A DNA stretch of 64,000 nt. It comes from Dicyema japonicum. Lineage: Eukaryota; Animalia; Dicyemida. Location: contig RDEW01000012.1 of NCBI GenBank assembly GCA_011109175.1, positions 1,032,552 to 1,096,551 of the forward strand, read 5' to 3'. Under the pieces are notes generated by a model, which saw only the letters and a list, made by a program, of their open reading frames with translations, did not search any database and was not told where the DNA came from. Shown here piece by piece: positions 22,621 to 35,292 of this stretch (the first letter of the stretch is position 1; each line of letters starts with the position of its first letter). A program made the position numbers and the translations under genes.

Positions 22621-25489
22621 ATTGACTAAGACCTATAATGTTGGTACGTGGTATTGATTTCAACCTTGTTTTAAGGTTAGATGAATGTCATACGAACATG
22701 CTAACAATTTGGGAGAGCCTTAGTCAGTTGAATTCACTCCTACATGCCTTATTATGGGGATATTCTGATTCAAGTACTGATACTAACACACATAACCACC
22801 CCTTTATTGGGAAATTAGGAAAGAAGTTATGCTATCACCACGTGGGAGTTAAAAATTAGGACTAAATGATGATGGTCATCACTTTAAAATGACTTTGAGT
22901 TTTCTCAAATACCATTATTTTTGATCCCCAAGATTACGGATATACTGGAGTTTATGTACCTAACAGTAGACTATACCAAAATGCTATTCGCTTATTTCGA
23001 TTTTTTAAAATTAAGAATATTCGATTTTTTGAAAATATTAAGAGTATTTTTTTGATTAAACAAAATTAAGAGTTGATAACTAAATGAATTTAGGAGCCTT
23101 GACAGCCTGGTTATCTTCTCTCAAAATTACATGCGAAATTGCTAGATTAGTCAGCGGTGCTTGAGGAGATCAGCAGATTACGACTCATAAATTGCACTCA
23201 GAAAATATTAACTTCCGAGAGCATGAAAGGAAGGATTGTCAGACATAATTTAAGTATCACCGTAGTTAATCATCCAAATCGACGAGAACTAACATCTTTC
23301 TCTTGAAGTTACCAAGCAGCAATTCCTTATCCCTTTTCCACGTTGGAATAAATTGTCTCCTATCTTCTTGTTCTTTGTTTCACATTAACCACGTGGTAGT
23401 AACAAACTTTATTTTATGTATTTTTTAGTCATATGACGAGTGACTAATAAGACATTCAAACAGAAATAAGGGGGTGGCTCAACTTCTGTTGGGTTGCATG
23501 TAGTGAAGGAAAATACAAATGTTACTCGGCTGTTGGATTTAGACTTATGTTTTTTTGAGATGAGGCTTGGTACTCGTGATATTATTCAATATCGAAATAT
23601 GGTACCCCTAGTTGAATATTTGAACTTCTAATGATGCATTCATCTTCCAAAAATGCCTTTCTCATGAAAGTCTCTAGGATTACTTCCATTGCTCTCATGT
23701 AGATGATGTAATCCTCATTGCGAAGAAAAAGACTAACTAGCAACCACATTGGTTGTGAAAGAAATGGTGGACACTCTGACCCTGTTTGCCAAGTAACGGT
23801 TCGAAGTATCTCCAACGAAGTTACTGGCAGCATTCAAATATTCTCCAAACAACAGGAGGTCCCCCATGGAGTCATAACTTATTTCGCGATTTAGTGAAAT
23901 GGGGGAGAACAAATAATTATTTTTGATACCTTCTTAGTTATAACGGCAATCAAACGATAAAGTGAACACAGCATAGAGAAGGGAACTTTTTATCAATCAT
24001 TTTTTTCTTTCCTTGGACAAGTGAAGAGCGGGTTTCCATCTTCCTCACAGACGGCGGAAGAATCTGGAACCACGAATATGGTTCGTAGCTTCCTTGAGTA
24101 TAGGAATGACTGATGATGCATTATGAGGGTCCAACATACGAATAGTTGTTCGGTAAACGAGTTGAGTCTGTGGAGAGTAAGTCTATGATCGGGCGAAGTT
24201 GAAATTCAACTCCGATGTTTCCGTGTTTCCATAAGTTTGCGGTTATGATGTTCTTTGAGTTCATTAAGACGGGGACAAGTAATTAAACCTATTTTGAGGT
24301 GATGAAGACATTAAGAGTTCTCAGTTATGCAACCGTGCACCAGAGTTACGTCTCCACCTCAAAAATACAAGTAAAATGATTCGTTTTTAAAAAATTTCCT
24401 AAGTCGTTGAAGATCACTTAAAGACATGTGCATAAAAGTCAAAAGACCTTTAAGATCCTTGATTCATGAGACTCAAGTTATTAAGCTTAACGGATGGATA
24501 AAGCAAGGAAGAAAAGACTTCGACGAAGAGGACTCAGGTAATGAAGGTTAAGGAGCTGATTTACCTCCTTCACTAATTGGTAAAATCCCTTATTTCCATT
24601 CTTCTCATGAGCATGGACGAGCTGACTAACGCAGGGACATGTCGATTACATGAGGTATTCGTGTTCAAATCCTCTGACTCTTGAGAGAACTTGAGAATCT
24701 TCTGTCTGTTTGCCGCATACTTTTCTTTCTCGATGAGTCCCGGGATTAACTCTTAACAATTTATTGCCATTTACCTTCTCTATTCTTTCCTTACAACAGC
24801 CTTCTAATCATCGCTCTCCAACCGTTCAGTAGGAGAGTTTGTAGCAGGTCTCCCCTCTTACTCTCAATCTCATCAAGTACACTAAGAGGGTGGAGAATAC
24901 ATCCACTGTTGGGATAAATGATAATTCGCATAATTGAGGTACCACAGTCTTCAACCTTAAGAAAATAGCCAATTAGCTATAAACATGTAGTCAGGACTAA
25001 TCACCACCAAGAATTACCATTAAATACCTCGAAATCAGTATCTGGGGAGACATTGACTCATAATCTACTCTTCTTCTGGTCCTATGCAGCTTTCTTAATG
25101 ACAGTCAATGTGACACGTGTAAGAATTCTCAAGTGATTCTTTCTCATGACAAAAGGTGAAGGTTTCGTGTCCACTGCCCTCAACGTCGGCATTGATGTTC
25201 AAAACAGTCGTCTAGAATCAGTCGTAATAGCACTCCGACACGAACGGTTTCCGCATCAAATTGTGCGACAGAGGAGATTAGAATTGCATTAAGTCGTGAT
25301 CCTCAATTCTTCGAAGAGGCCATTCGAGGCTTTCTGAAGTTTAACGATTAAAGCGATTAAAGAAATTCATTGATTAACTTTTGTAAAGCATTTAATAAAA
25401 TTGATTTTAATTAATTTAAATTCATATTAATTTTTCGCTAAAAATAATTAATTAAAAAAACAATTTATTACGTAACAACACAATAAAAA

Positions 25490-25675
25490 TAATCCTACCG
25501 ATACGACGGAATGGCGTTTCTTCTGACAACTGCCAGACAAATCCTTTAGAACAACCATTCCGTTTCCCGATGCTCATTGCTAACTTTCGAAATCATTGAC
25601 CCAAACGATCTTAGAAAAGAGACTGTCTTAGGCCCAAAGACTCCACTCTTCTCGACAACAACAGGCTATACATGT
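25490..25675 (-). mobile_element. CRE-like 3' fragment
   Basis: PVVVEKSGVFGP...EHRETEWLF*RICLAVVRRNA. Confidence 0.7.
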
Positions 25676-25791
25676 AAATTATAAGTTAAAAATATATAAT
25701 TTATAACAAAATTAAATTTTTCAAAAATTTAGAAATTTAAAACTTTTTATAAGTTAACATTTTTATACTTAAATCTTATACTTTTACGTAC

Positions 25792-25984
25792 GATTTAGCC
25801 GCGTGGCGTTATGTGGTGCTTCGTGGCTATTTGGTTGAAGTTTCTGTTTGATCGTCTGTTTCTCCTCCCTTTTCCTATTAGAGTGGCGTCATGTGATCCA
25901 CCTGTCTAGGTGGCGCTTGTGCCAGGCCGGCACGAAAAAGGATCATTTGCTCTCTCCCACTCCACTGGAGGGGTTTCCACAACA
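25792..25984 (+). mobile_element. Full-length SINE-like element with 12-bp TSD
   Basis: TSD acttttacgtac at 25780-25791 and 25985-25996; (CAA)n tail; five other copies in the window. Confidence 0.8.
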
Positions 25985-26059
25985 ACTTTTACGTACCTGT
26001 GAGCGATGCAATATGAGCATAATTAGAGTGCACTCTCTATGTGTGACGATAGAGATATT

Positions 26060-26192
26060 ATGTGTTGCAATCCAAGATGCAAGGGTGACGTTAGCAGATG
26101 ATCTTGAGCACCTGAGGGACCTATCGAGGAACAGAGGGAACTGGAAGCGATTAACAAAACGCATTCAGGAGAGGGTGGCACAAGCGAGATAA
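26060..26192 (+). mobile_element. RTE-like LINE C-terminal fragment
   Basis: DDLEHLRDLSRNRGNWKRL resembles the RTE terminal motif. Confidence 0.45.
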
Positions 26193-27409
26193 CTTTACTA
26201 ACGTTGTTTTGCGTCTAAGATGACTTGAAGAATTCAATCATGCAACGATAATCTAGATGCTCCCTCAAAATACATCCTCGAATTAGCGTGAAGGCAATTG
26301 TGTGGTGCTGCATAGGCGACTAGATCAGCTCTTTAAGCTACGTATGTGTATAATAGAACTCTTGAGTATTCGAGCATCTCAATTCCACGAAATGTCTCCA
26401 TTAGACCTCTTGTTCCCTATTTTTTTTATGCGGTGGAAGAAAATCGCTTAGGAGTCATTGGAGGAAGGATTGGATTCACTATGCTCTTTGTTCGAATCTT
26501 ACCTACGCATAATTTCGAGACTTTGGACAAGTCTGCCTTGAGGGGAACTAAATCAAAGAAATCGCCTCCGCTTTGTAAACTGGAAACTGACTCACTTTGA
26601 CTTATCTGTCGAGGAAGGTCAAGGTCTCCGAGTCCCAGAATATCGGTTCAAATCCAACCAGATATTGAGACTACCCCTAAAATATTGGTCACGTGGGATT
26701 AGCTCCACGAGATTCAATTATTCTAATAGTCTAGGAATTATTCACTTAATTTTCAAACGGCAATTCGCTATGAAACACGTGGATCTTGCCTAATCAGCTC
26801 AAAAACATCAAACGCCCACTCGACTTTTTTCTTTTGATCAATGAATTTTGGAGACATAAGAGCGGTCCTCTAATCCGATTGAGATACAGGATTTGGAAGT
26901 CGTGAGACAATTTCTACTGTGTTCAGTAGAGACAAGCGTGCTCATCACCACAACAATAAATATTGATTGTCGGACAACGCTACTAAAACGCCGTCAACGT
27001 GCGAATATAAATACGGAGACTTCTGCGATATCTTGATTAAATGTCTAACTACAACAACTCTGGTTTGCTCTATTCTAGTCAGCATACATTCTATTCCATA
27101 CTCTCCCCTTTGGCTAAATTCACTCTCATACTACCCAAGGCAGCTTCCCCCACTCAGCGGCTACTAACATTGAGGGTTTCATTTAATTCATAGCGTTCAT
27201 ATTAGTCACAGTTAATACTATGCTGTTCCTCTACTAAGATTCTTACTACAACCTATCATGGAGTCGGGAGGTGATCTCTTGGAGTGCTTTTTGCGATTAA
27301 ATAAGGGAGTGAGCTCTTGGCTGTAAATTAAGGGTGCTTAAGATTACAAGGATAGCGCTTCAGCTTATTGGTTATTGCTTGCTTGATATTTCGTGTCTGT
27401 CATAAATTT

Positions 27410-29225
27410 AATTATTTATCGAATTTTGCTACCACTTAATCAAAGGGTAGACAATTTTGCTATTCTTGTCATTAAAAGTGGCTACATCAATATTTTATAT
27501 TATTATGAATAGGAAATTCTGCCAATATAAACGAAGAGAAGACGAAACGAACCGTGTTTGTCGGGGACTTAGCCAACGAGGTCACTGAGAAAATACTAAG
27601 GGAGAGATTCAATCACCTCGGGGAAATAATGTAACCAATACTCGGTAAACTTAAATAGGGATGCTAGACTCGTTATGAACCCCCAAACCAACTGTCATAG
27701 AGGGTACGGATTCATCGAATTTTCAACCACCAATGTTAAATGTGTCATTATTGCAGGAACGAACTCGAGCTATTCAAGAAATGAATGGAATAGTCATCCA
27801 AGGACGTCCTATTCGAGTAAAGGAGGCGCTAGCGCAGAATCGAGGTACTATTAATTTTTATTTTAGCCAATAATAATTTTGGTAGAATATTTTATTCGGG
27901 GTCTATAGTCAATACGACCATATATGTGGGGAATTTACCCCCAAATATTTCAGAACGGGAGATAAAGCCGATTTTTGAAAGAACAGGGTTCTTATTAGAA
28001 ATGAGGCTTTATCCCGGGAAGAACTATTGTTTCGTTACATATATTTTTGCTAATCCTTTAGTTACCAAGACTATCCCTCCGCAGTTTCCGCTATTTTGTT
28101 AAATAACGGATTGATTATAAGAAATCAACGAATAACCTGTGGATGGGCTAGGAATCAAGTATTAAATAAATTTTATTATTTAGGAAATTCCAGTCTTAAG
28201 TTATTATGGGGGGTATTATTTCCCACCCGTTTTTTTCAATTATTAATCACTGGCTCGGCAGCTCGCTTCACTCACTGCGAGCTAGGTTCTGCGGACGGTT
28301 TTCGTTCACACATTCGGAGTTCACTCCCATTTCGCTCCTGCGGAGATCAGTTTTTTCCTTAGTGAATTATATTTAACGAATTAAACTATTTTTTAAAAAA
28401 ACTGATTGTTATAGTAAAAATTATCAATTATCTTATTGTAATGTTTGTTGATATACAACATTGCTTGTACAACCGTCTTTTGTGTATATGAATAGGTTTT
28501 CTCGTTCACTTACCCTAGAACAACCTACATATAACTGTCCATGTGTAAAACATTCACTTGCTAAAGATAAACCTACTACTTTAAGAGTTTGTCCCTGTGA
28601 TTTGTTGATTGTCATTGCGAAACTCAACTTCAATGGAAATTGTAGTCTCTTAAATCTAAATGGTAATTCATCTGAAATTATTGGATTCTTGGAATATAAA
28701 CGTCTTCTTTATTTCGCCCCGTTAATATCGTTGCTTCTATAATATTAGACATCAAATTTTTTACTACCAATCTTGTACCATTACATAACCTAGGAGATTC
28801 TAGATTCCGTAATAGCACCTACTTTTAATTTTAAAATATGATGAGGCATCTCTGACGGTTCTAAAGAATTATTTGAAGTTCTGTAAGGGGAAGAGGTGTT
28901 TATTTTTGTGAATATCTATAATGAGTATTTCTTGAAGAGGTCGAATCATCCTATTTTCCAATGAATCTCTTTTTTAACTCTTTAGAATTTTAATTTTCTA
29001 AGGGACCGATATCTTGAAAGGTTGAATTATATTATTTTGCAATTATCTTAGGCATATCTTTTTTTAGCATATAAGTGCGCACGGACAGACAGACTGACAA
29101 CTTATTCTTTTATTATTAATCACTTCTTTATTCGTCGAGACAAGCGGACTCTTCGGTCAAGGAAAGAAAATTACCGTTCGAAAGGATTTCTCTGCAACTC
29201 GATTCATTCTGCTGGATTATTTTGA
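27410..29225 (+). pseudogene. TIA1/TIAR-like RRM gene, probably disabled
   Basis: RRM2 VFVGDL...DARLV...RGYGFIEF...AIQEMNG..IQGRPIR; RRM3 NTTIYVGNL...EMRLYPGKNYCFV...ITCGW. Introns 27631-27658, 27735-27756, 27845-27866, 28039-28061 (AT-AG), 28159-28183. RRM1 only a remnant; last exon split by a Helitron. Confidence 0.8.
28250..29118 (-). mobile_element. Internally deleted Helitron with PIF1 helicase C-terminus
   Basis: [43 protein letters not shown] (28433-28870); 3' hairpin agctcgc/gcgagct at 28260-28283 before a CCAG|T end; absent from the paralogous copy near 43900. Confidence 0.9.
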
Positions 29226-29624
29226 TTTTTTGTTTTGAATAATAAAAATTTTTTATTAAAAAATTAAATTGTTTTATTTTATAGATTCAGATATATTTTC
29301 TCGCATAGATGACAAGCACAGTCTAAGCCCGACTTTCTTACTCTATTTTTGTTTTGATTGATAAATAAACAATTTCTAATTTATTTGTATGTTGTCTTGA
29401 ATTACAGTCTCACACATAGTCAGAGGTGGATAAAATCTTAGGTTTTATTCATAATTTTGGTGAAATCTTCAGTACATAACAGTAATGAATAAGTGGGAAA
29501 TTTACTGTCAAATATCTCCGAAAAAGAATTAGAATATTTTTGGCAGAACAGGTTTTATTTATAGCATTAGGCATTTTCATGAGAAAGGTATTGATTCGTA
29601 ACGTGATTTTTATTTGCAGAAGAA

Positions 29625-30078
29625 AATTATTATTATTTAAGCCAAAGAAACACCGTCTTAACCAATAACTAATATTCAGGTGATCCCGGCATCTCTCAAT
29701 AATCGGGCCATTTTTTCTCGATGCTCCGACTGTGATCCCACGCATTTTCTATACGGACGGGGGTCTTTTTCCTTTCCTCTTCTGAAATTGCCTCCAGTTG
29801 CCTCTATGATAGACTCGAGTGCTCTGGGGGCAATTTCTTTATCTGTATATTTTTCTAGTAACTTTTTTGCTCTTGACTGGATATCTTGAATTTTTGTTAG
29901 GTTCGTTGCCGACAGGTTAGATCCCCATGCAGCACATGCATAGCCTATTGTTGGTTCGGCATACTGCTTGTAGAGGGTCCCGATACCTGGCGGATAAATT
30001 CCTCCACAGTTCCAAAGGAAGGCCTTTACAAAATTGATCTTCTTTGCACAGGTTGATATGATAGATTCCACATGGGCA
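29625..30078 (-). mobile_element. 5'-truncated LINE with (TAA)n tail
   Basis: Near-identical to 54060-54515; flanked by gcagaa(g/t)aaaat, a probable TSD; inserted in a TIA1-RRM3 copy. Confidence 0.85.
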
Positions 30079-30714
30079 GAATAAAATAACAGAATATTTA
30101 TAAGAATTTGCGAATAACTTGTGGATGAGTAAGGAGTCATATATTAAACTCTAGCCCTGAGTTTTTATGGTGGGTATTATTTCCCAGCCATTCTCTGTTA
30201 ACCAACGAGACTAAAAATGAAAATGACATCAACTCAAATTAATAGTAATTTCCATTTTCGTCGAGTCGTGAGGATTTCGAGGCCAAGGAAAACCGAGTTA
30301 ACGTTCCAAAGGATCCACTATTTTTTAAAATAAATTGTGAGAAACACCGAATATCATGTTGATAGGGAGCAGTCGAGTTTAAATAGATTTATTGATTTTA
30401 GAATAATCCATGATTATCGATTATGTTATTCCCCACCATACTTCTTGTTTTTGATTAATAAATATATTATTTCTGTATTATTTTTAAGTAGTATTTGAAT
30501 GCAGTCTCACATAGTGGGGTGATTGAGCTGATGTTTCAATAATTTACGAGTTAATGCATCCATTATTATGCTACAAGAACTGAGTGGAAGCAAAATTTGG
30601 ATTTAAAAAATAATAGAAATTCCGTAAATATGACTTTAATAAACGGTGGACCACCCAATTATTGGTTATTAACATCCTTCTGCTCATAGAGCTAATAAAA
30701 TACTGTTTTCGGTT

Positions 30715-32505
30715 AATTAATAAACGATATAGATTGTTAACTCTTTGCTCTGCTAAAAATGACGAGTTGCGGTCCAATAACTATAATTATACATTATAAC
30801 TGTCTTATAAAACAAGAATTTGTAATATACGCATCGTTTGTCTCACACAAAGTAAGTGGTAGCTGAACTGACCGGTTTCATTAGTTTAAGATTACGCTTT
30901 CATAAAATATTTCAAAAATTAATTAGCGGATATAAAAATGGAGTTTTGGATTAATAATGGAGATTATTTAGGTTTGCATTAAAAACATAGAATAATCAAT
31001 AAATCGTTTTACTTCAAACTTAAAATAACATAGACTTGGAAATAGTATCTCAATCAGCAAAGTGAAGGTTTACAATGAAATATCAAAGATTGTTTTTCTC
31101 GCTCCAATTTTTTTTTTTTTTTTTTTTTAGAATTTACAAAGTGATCAAATAAATAAAATAATCAGTTAATTTATCCCCAGTAAAGCATATTTAAAACTGC
31201 CATCCATCCAAAGTGGATTTTTCGTTTTTGTATATAAATGTAATAAATAATTACATTTCCATTAGACTTTATAGACCAATTAACAAGTGGGTATTAACAG
31301 CTTTGTTCTCATGGACAAAATAAATCGGTACATTAATAGAAAATTAGATCAGAAAATATACTGTGTTGTAGTAATTTTGAAAACGTCACCAGAGACACAT
31401 GCTTAATCGATTTTGAAACTATTTCCCAAGAATGTATGATGATTAAATAATTCGTAGCAAAATGATTTATTTAATAAATTACTGTTTATAATGACTGAAT
31501 ATTATTTTGTGTTATTTTTTGATTATTGTTTGTTTGCTTAAAATTTGAGGCATTTAATAACAAAATTATATTTTTAAGTAGTTTCTAATTCGTAGTCTTA
31601 CATAGTCAGGGTGATGAACTGATAGGTTTTACTAATAATTTAGGTGGAATCTTCTACCCAGGATCTGTGGTGAATAGGACAGAATATGTGGGGAATTTAC
31701 CAACAAATATCTGAGAATGGGAGTTAAATCTGATTTGTGAAAGAACAGGGTTTATATTTGAAATGAGGCTATATCCTTTGAAGAACACTTCCTTCATAAT
31801 GTAATTTTCACTATTCTTTTAGTTACTGACCCATTGCAGTGCCAACTATTTTGTTAATAACGGATTAATTATAAGTACCCAGGAAAATAACTTGTGGATG
31901 GGGAAGGAGTCAAGTATTAAATTGATTTATTGAGGAAAATCCAGTCCTGAGTTAATATGGAAGGTAATCTACTTGTCCGACGTGGATAAGTATGATAAGG
32001 ACATAATGGAAATAAGCAATAAATCGTTTGTGGTGTTTCATATTAATAAATTAAAGTAGACATGAAATGATAGGTGGCTGAACGGATCGTTGATCTAAAA
32101 GACCAACTCATCATAAATTATTCTAAAGAATTGTGTATTGATAAAATGAAGTTTTGAATAAAAAATGAAAATTGTTAGGTTTGTTTTTGATGTTTTAGGC
32201 ATAGTTAGGAATGTTTTTGATGCTATAGGCGTAGTTAATAAAATAATGTTTTAGGCATTTCTCCAAATAATAGAGTTCTGTATTTAATAACCGGGAAATG
32301 AAAATCACCGAGAAATGAAATGATGCTATTTCGTGTTTTTTTGCTTCGAATTGAGTTTATTGATAACCAAATATTGTTTATATGTGAAATATGATGAGAT
32401 TTCTAATTGCAGCTCTTATTTTAACACGTTGTTTATATATTAATTATTACTAGAATATTACATAATTTAATTTCATAATTAAATTTCATAATCTGCAAAC
32501 AATAC
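30715..32505 (+). repeat. Left arm of a large inverted duplication
   Basis: Collinear reverse-complement match to 42318-43755; 27870-28248 plus 29112-29270 also match 43755-44290. Confidence 0.9.
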
Positions 32506-33209
32506 ACCTTAAGACCAGTTAACTAGATGGTTGGAGTAGAAAGGTATTCCAAAAGCGAAGTAATGAATAATTGAACGTTGTATGTATGATGGATCAGAAT
32601 ACGAATAGTCAACCCAAATTGAAAGAACTTGGTGGATGATCTGTCAGAGGTTGCACGTAAGGATGATAGTTAACATTATTCTATGTATATCGCTAATATA
32701 TACACTAAAATCTCCCGACTCCCACATTTGAAGACTTGAGTAAGTGTAGATCGTTTAAGTGTCTTTTAGGGTTCGTAGAAAAAACCGCCGATCATTGGAA
32801 TAGCAATAGTTTTAGTTTGTAAGCCATTTAGTCGTAAATCTGTTCAGAAAATTTTCGATTTTAAATCAAATCACCATCAAAGAATTTCTCAGATCTTTCC
32901 TGGTTGTCGCTCTTCTAGATTTTCAGTAATTTTGATTTCAAGTGGCTTTATAAGCTGTTTACAGTGATTAAGGCTAAATGTTTTATATGCAGCTTACAAA
33001 TCTGACGAATATAATAATCTCAAGGCTTACTAAAGCTTAAAATTTGATTGGAATTAACAGCGGCTAATTAATTTCAACATTCTTAAGTAGCCTAATTTTC
33101 AAAATTGTTACTTTTCAATCGAATTCAGAAGTGGAATTAAAGTTACTCAAAATTGAATCAAAGACACTAAGTCAAAAAAATTAGAGCATCAGACAAACGT
33201 CACCAGTAC

Positions 33210-33350
33210 ACGCGTGCTTCTGTGGTGCCGTGTGGCTACTTGATTGAAGATTTATCTCCCTTCTTCTATGGCGTTATTTTGATCCACCTAACACAGGAGA
33301 CCTACAATGCCTGACCGGCATTCAGAATGATTTATTTTTCATTCCACCGG
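33210..33350 (+). mobile_element. SINE-like copy, diverged subfamily
   Basis: Shares the 5' head (cgcgtg..tgtggtgc.gtgtggctacttgattgaag). Confidence 0.55.
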
Positions 33351-34299
33351 GAGATAATTTCGCTCCCTGGAGACGAGTTCTGGCTTCGACCATCAGTTTC
33401 CCGGATAATATCTGTCACTGAGACTAGATGAGGTCTCTAGTTGATCACGGAATTAGTAATTTTTGTTTTACCCTTGGTCTTTGGAATAATTTTATTTTAG
33501 TGTAAGGACTCTCAAATCCTCAAATTGTGTGAGAGACTAAATTATATATGGAAGAGATAAGAGACATGTGCGGTTTTAAGAAAAAATCTAAGTAGATAAA
33601 GTTTTTCGGTCGAAATGGAAAGGAACATCAGCAAAGCTCCTTATGTGGAATCAGTACTATTTATTAAAGTAAATGATTGGCCTCAGCACGTAAAAGTTTA
33701 TCGAGATGACCGTGCAGGATAGCTGCAGGGAGTACCTAGAATGATTGATGGCTCTTCCAGAACATTGGGCTTGCGATCATGAAGGTAACTCGATTACATG
33801 AGCTCTGTAAACTGCAAAGACAGTTATGTAGACTCTCCTCTTGTGCTATTTCCACAATATATTAAAATGTCTTTCACTAAAGTTTTGATTATTGGAAATA
33901 CGCACCAAAAAGATTCGCTTATTCAGGTCTTCGTTTATTAGAGAGGACGAATGATCTGGACCATTATTATACGCACTTACGTTGTGTGGTGGGACATGAA
34001 CAACCATAAAATCAAACAAATAAATAACTTGTTGTCTCTAACGACTCTTTGGCATCTCCCACTGCCTTTGAGGTTTTAATCGTACTTGATGCGCCTCGAA
34101 ACCTATATCGTTAAACTGTGTGTTGGATATCCTCGCAATAGTCTGATATGTGTTCGATATTCGTTTTGTAACTGTTTTTTTGTAGATATGGAATTTCCAC
34201 GAGGAAACATTCTTTTGTTTTTTGTCCCCCACAGTATTTTCTAGTATTTTTTCTTTTATTTTGTTATCGGCACTTTTTTCCTAACCTTTTTAATTTCAC

Positions 34300-34870
34300 A
34301 AGTTTTTCAAGTTTGCTACGGACTTTAATGTATGAAATTTATCATTGACGATTTCGCATCATCAGAAACGAGGCTGCCAATGGAGATGTCAGTGTGGTGC
34401 ATAATTTTCCGCCTGAGAGAGTTCAAGCGATCAATTCTCGAAGAGGGAATGGCGGAGCAGGCATATTCAATAGTAGGAACACTGACTTGTTGACGCACAC
34501 AACAGGGGGAAAGGGCTCTTCTTTATGATCGCTTCTAAAATGTTCCATTTCCGAAGACCCTTGACAAGCACCTCCTCCACGTGACTCGAGAACGTCATCA
34601 GAGAGTCGAAAACTACCCCAAGGATCTTCTGGGTCCGCGTAAAAGGTGATAGAAGTTTTTCAAAAAACGGTTCGAGTCAATCTTAAATCTTCCATCAGTA
34701 GTGAAAATGGTGAACTGGGATTTAGATGCTGACACACAAACATATTTGCAGATAGCCAGTCACATATTCGGTTTAGGTGTGACTGAACAATTGCTGCGGC
34801 CACGGAAGGAGATTTATCTCATGCAGCGAAAATTAGGTCGTCCGCATATGATAAAAACATGTGTCAAACG
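34300..34870 (-). mobile_element. LINE reverse transcriptase fragment
   Basis: SYADD, then KILGVVFDSLMTFSSHV and PTIEYACSA. Confidence 0.75.
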
Positions 34871-35094
34871 TATTCACCACCACAAGAATTAATTATTTTT
34901 TTCTTTTTAATAATATTACGAAATGAAAATGGAATTTGATGTTAACTAACTCTTTTTGTTTGTTTAAAAATAAACTAATTTATTATTACTAATTATTTTT
35001 ATTTATATTTTTTATTCTGGCTCCTATTAGAAGATGGTTGACCTTGTTGAGCTTATTACTCCTATTAGACAGATAGTTGACGTCTAAAATAATT

Positions 35095-35292
35095 AGCTTA
35101 GCCGCGTGGCTCCATGTGGTGCTCGTGCAATTGGCTGAAGTTTCTGTTTGTTCGTCTTTTCCTCCTCCCTCTTCCTAGTAGAGTGGCGTCATGTGATCCA
35201 CTTGTTTAGGTGCCGCCCAGTGCCAGCCTGGCACAAAAAAGGATCATTTGCTCTCCCCCACTCTACTGGAGGGGTTTTCACAACTACAACTA
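35095..35292 (+). mobile_element. Full-length SINE-like copy
   Basis: End-to-end match to 25792-25984; tail acaactacaacta. Confidence 0.8.

Noticed and set aside
23000-25350. Coding-like stretches with mini-intron-like segments (also 18050-18800, 52600-53100, 63000-64000)
   Set aside because: I could not assemble a consistent frame or recognise a family.
34350-34370. Hammerhead-like CTGATGA...GAAA on the minus strand (also checked near 5300 and 58518)
   Set aside because: No adequate stem II or stem I/III pairing; two of the sites lie within retroelement sequence.
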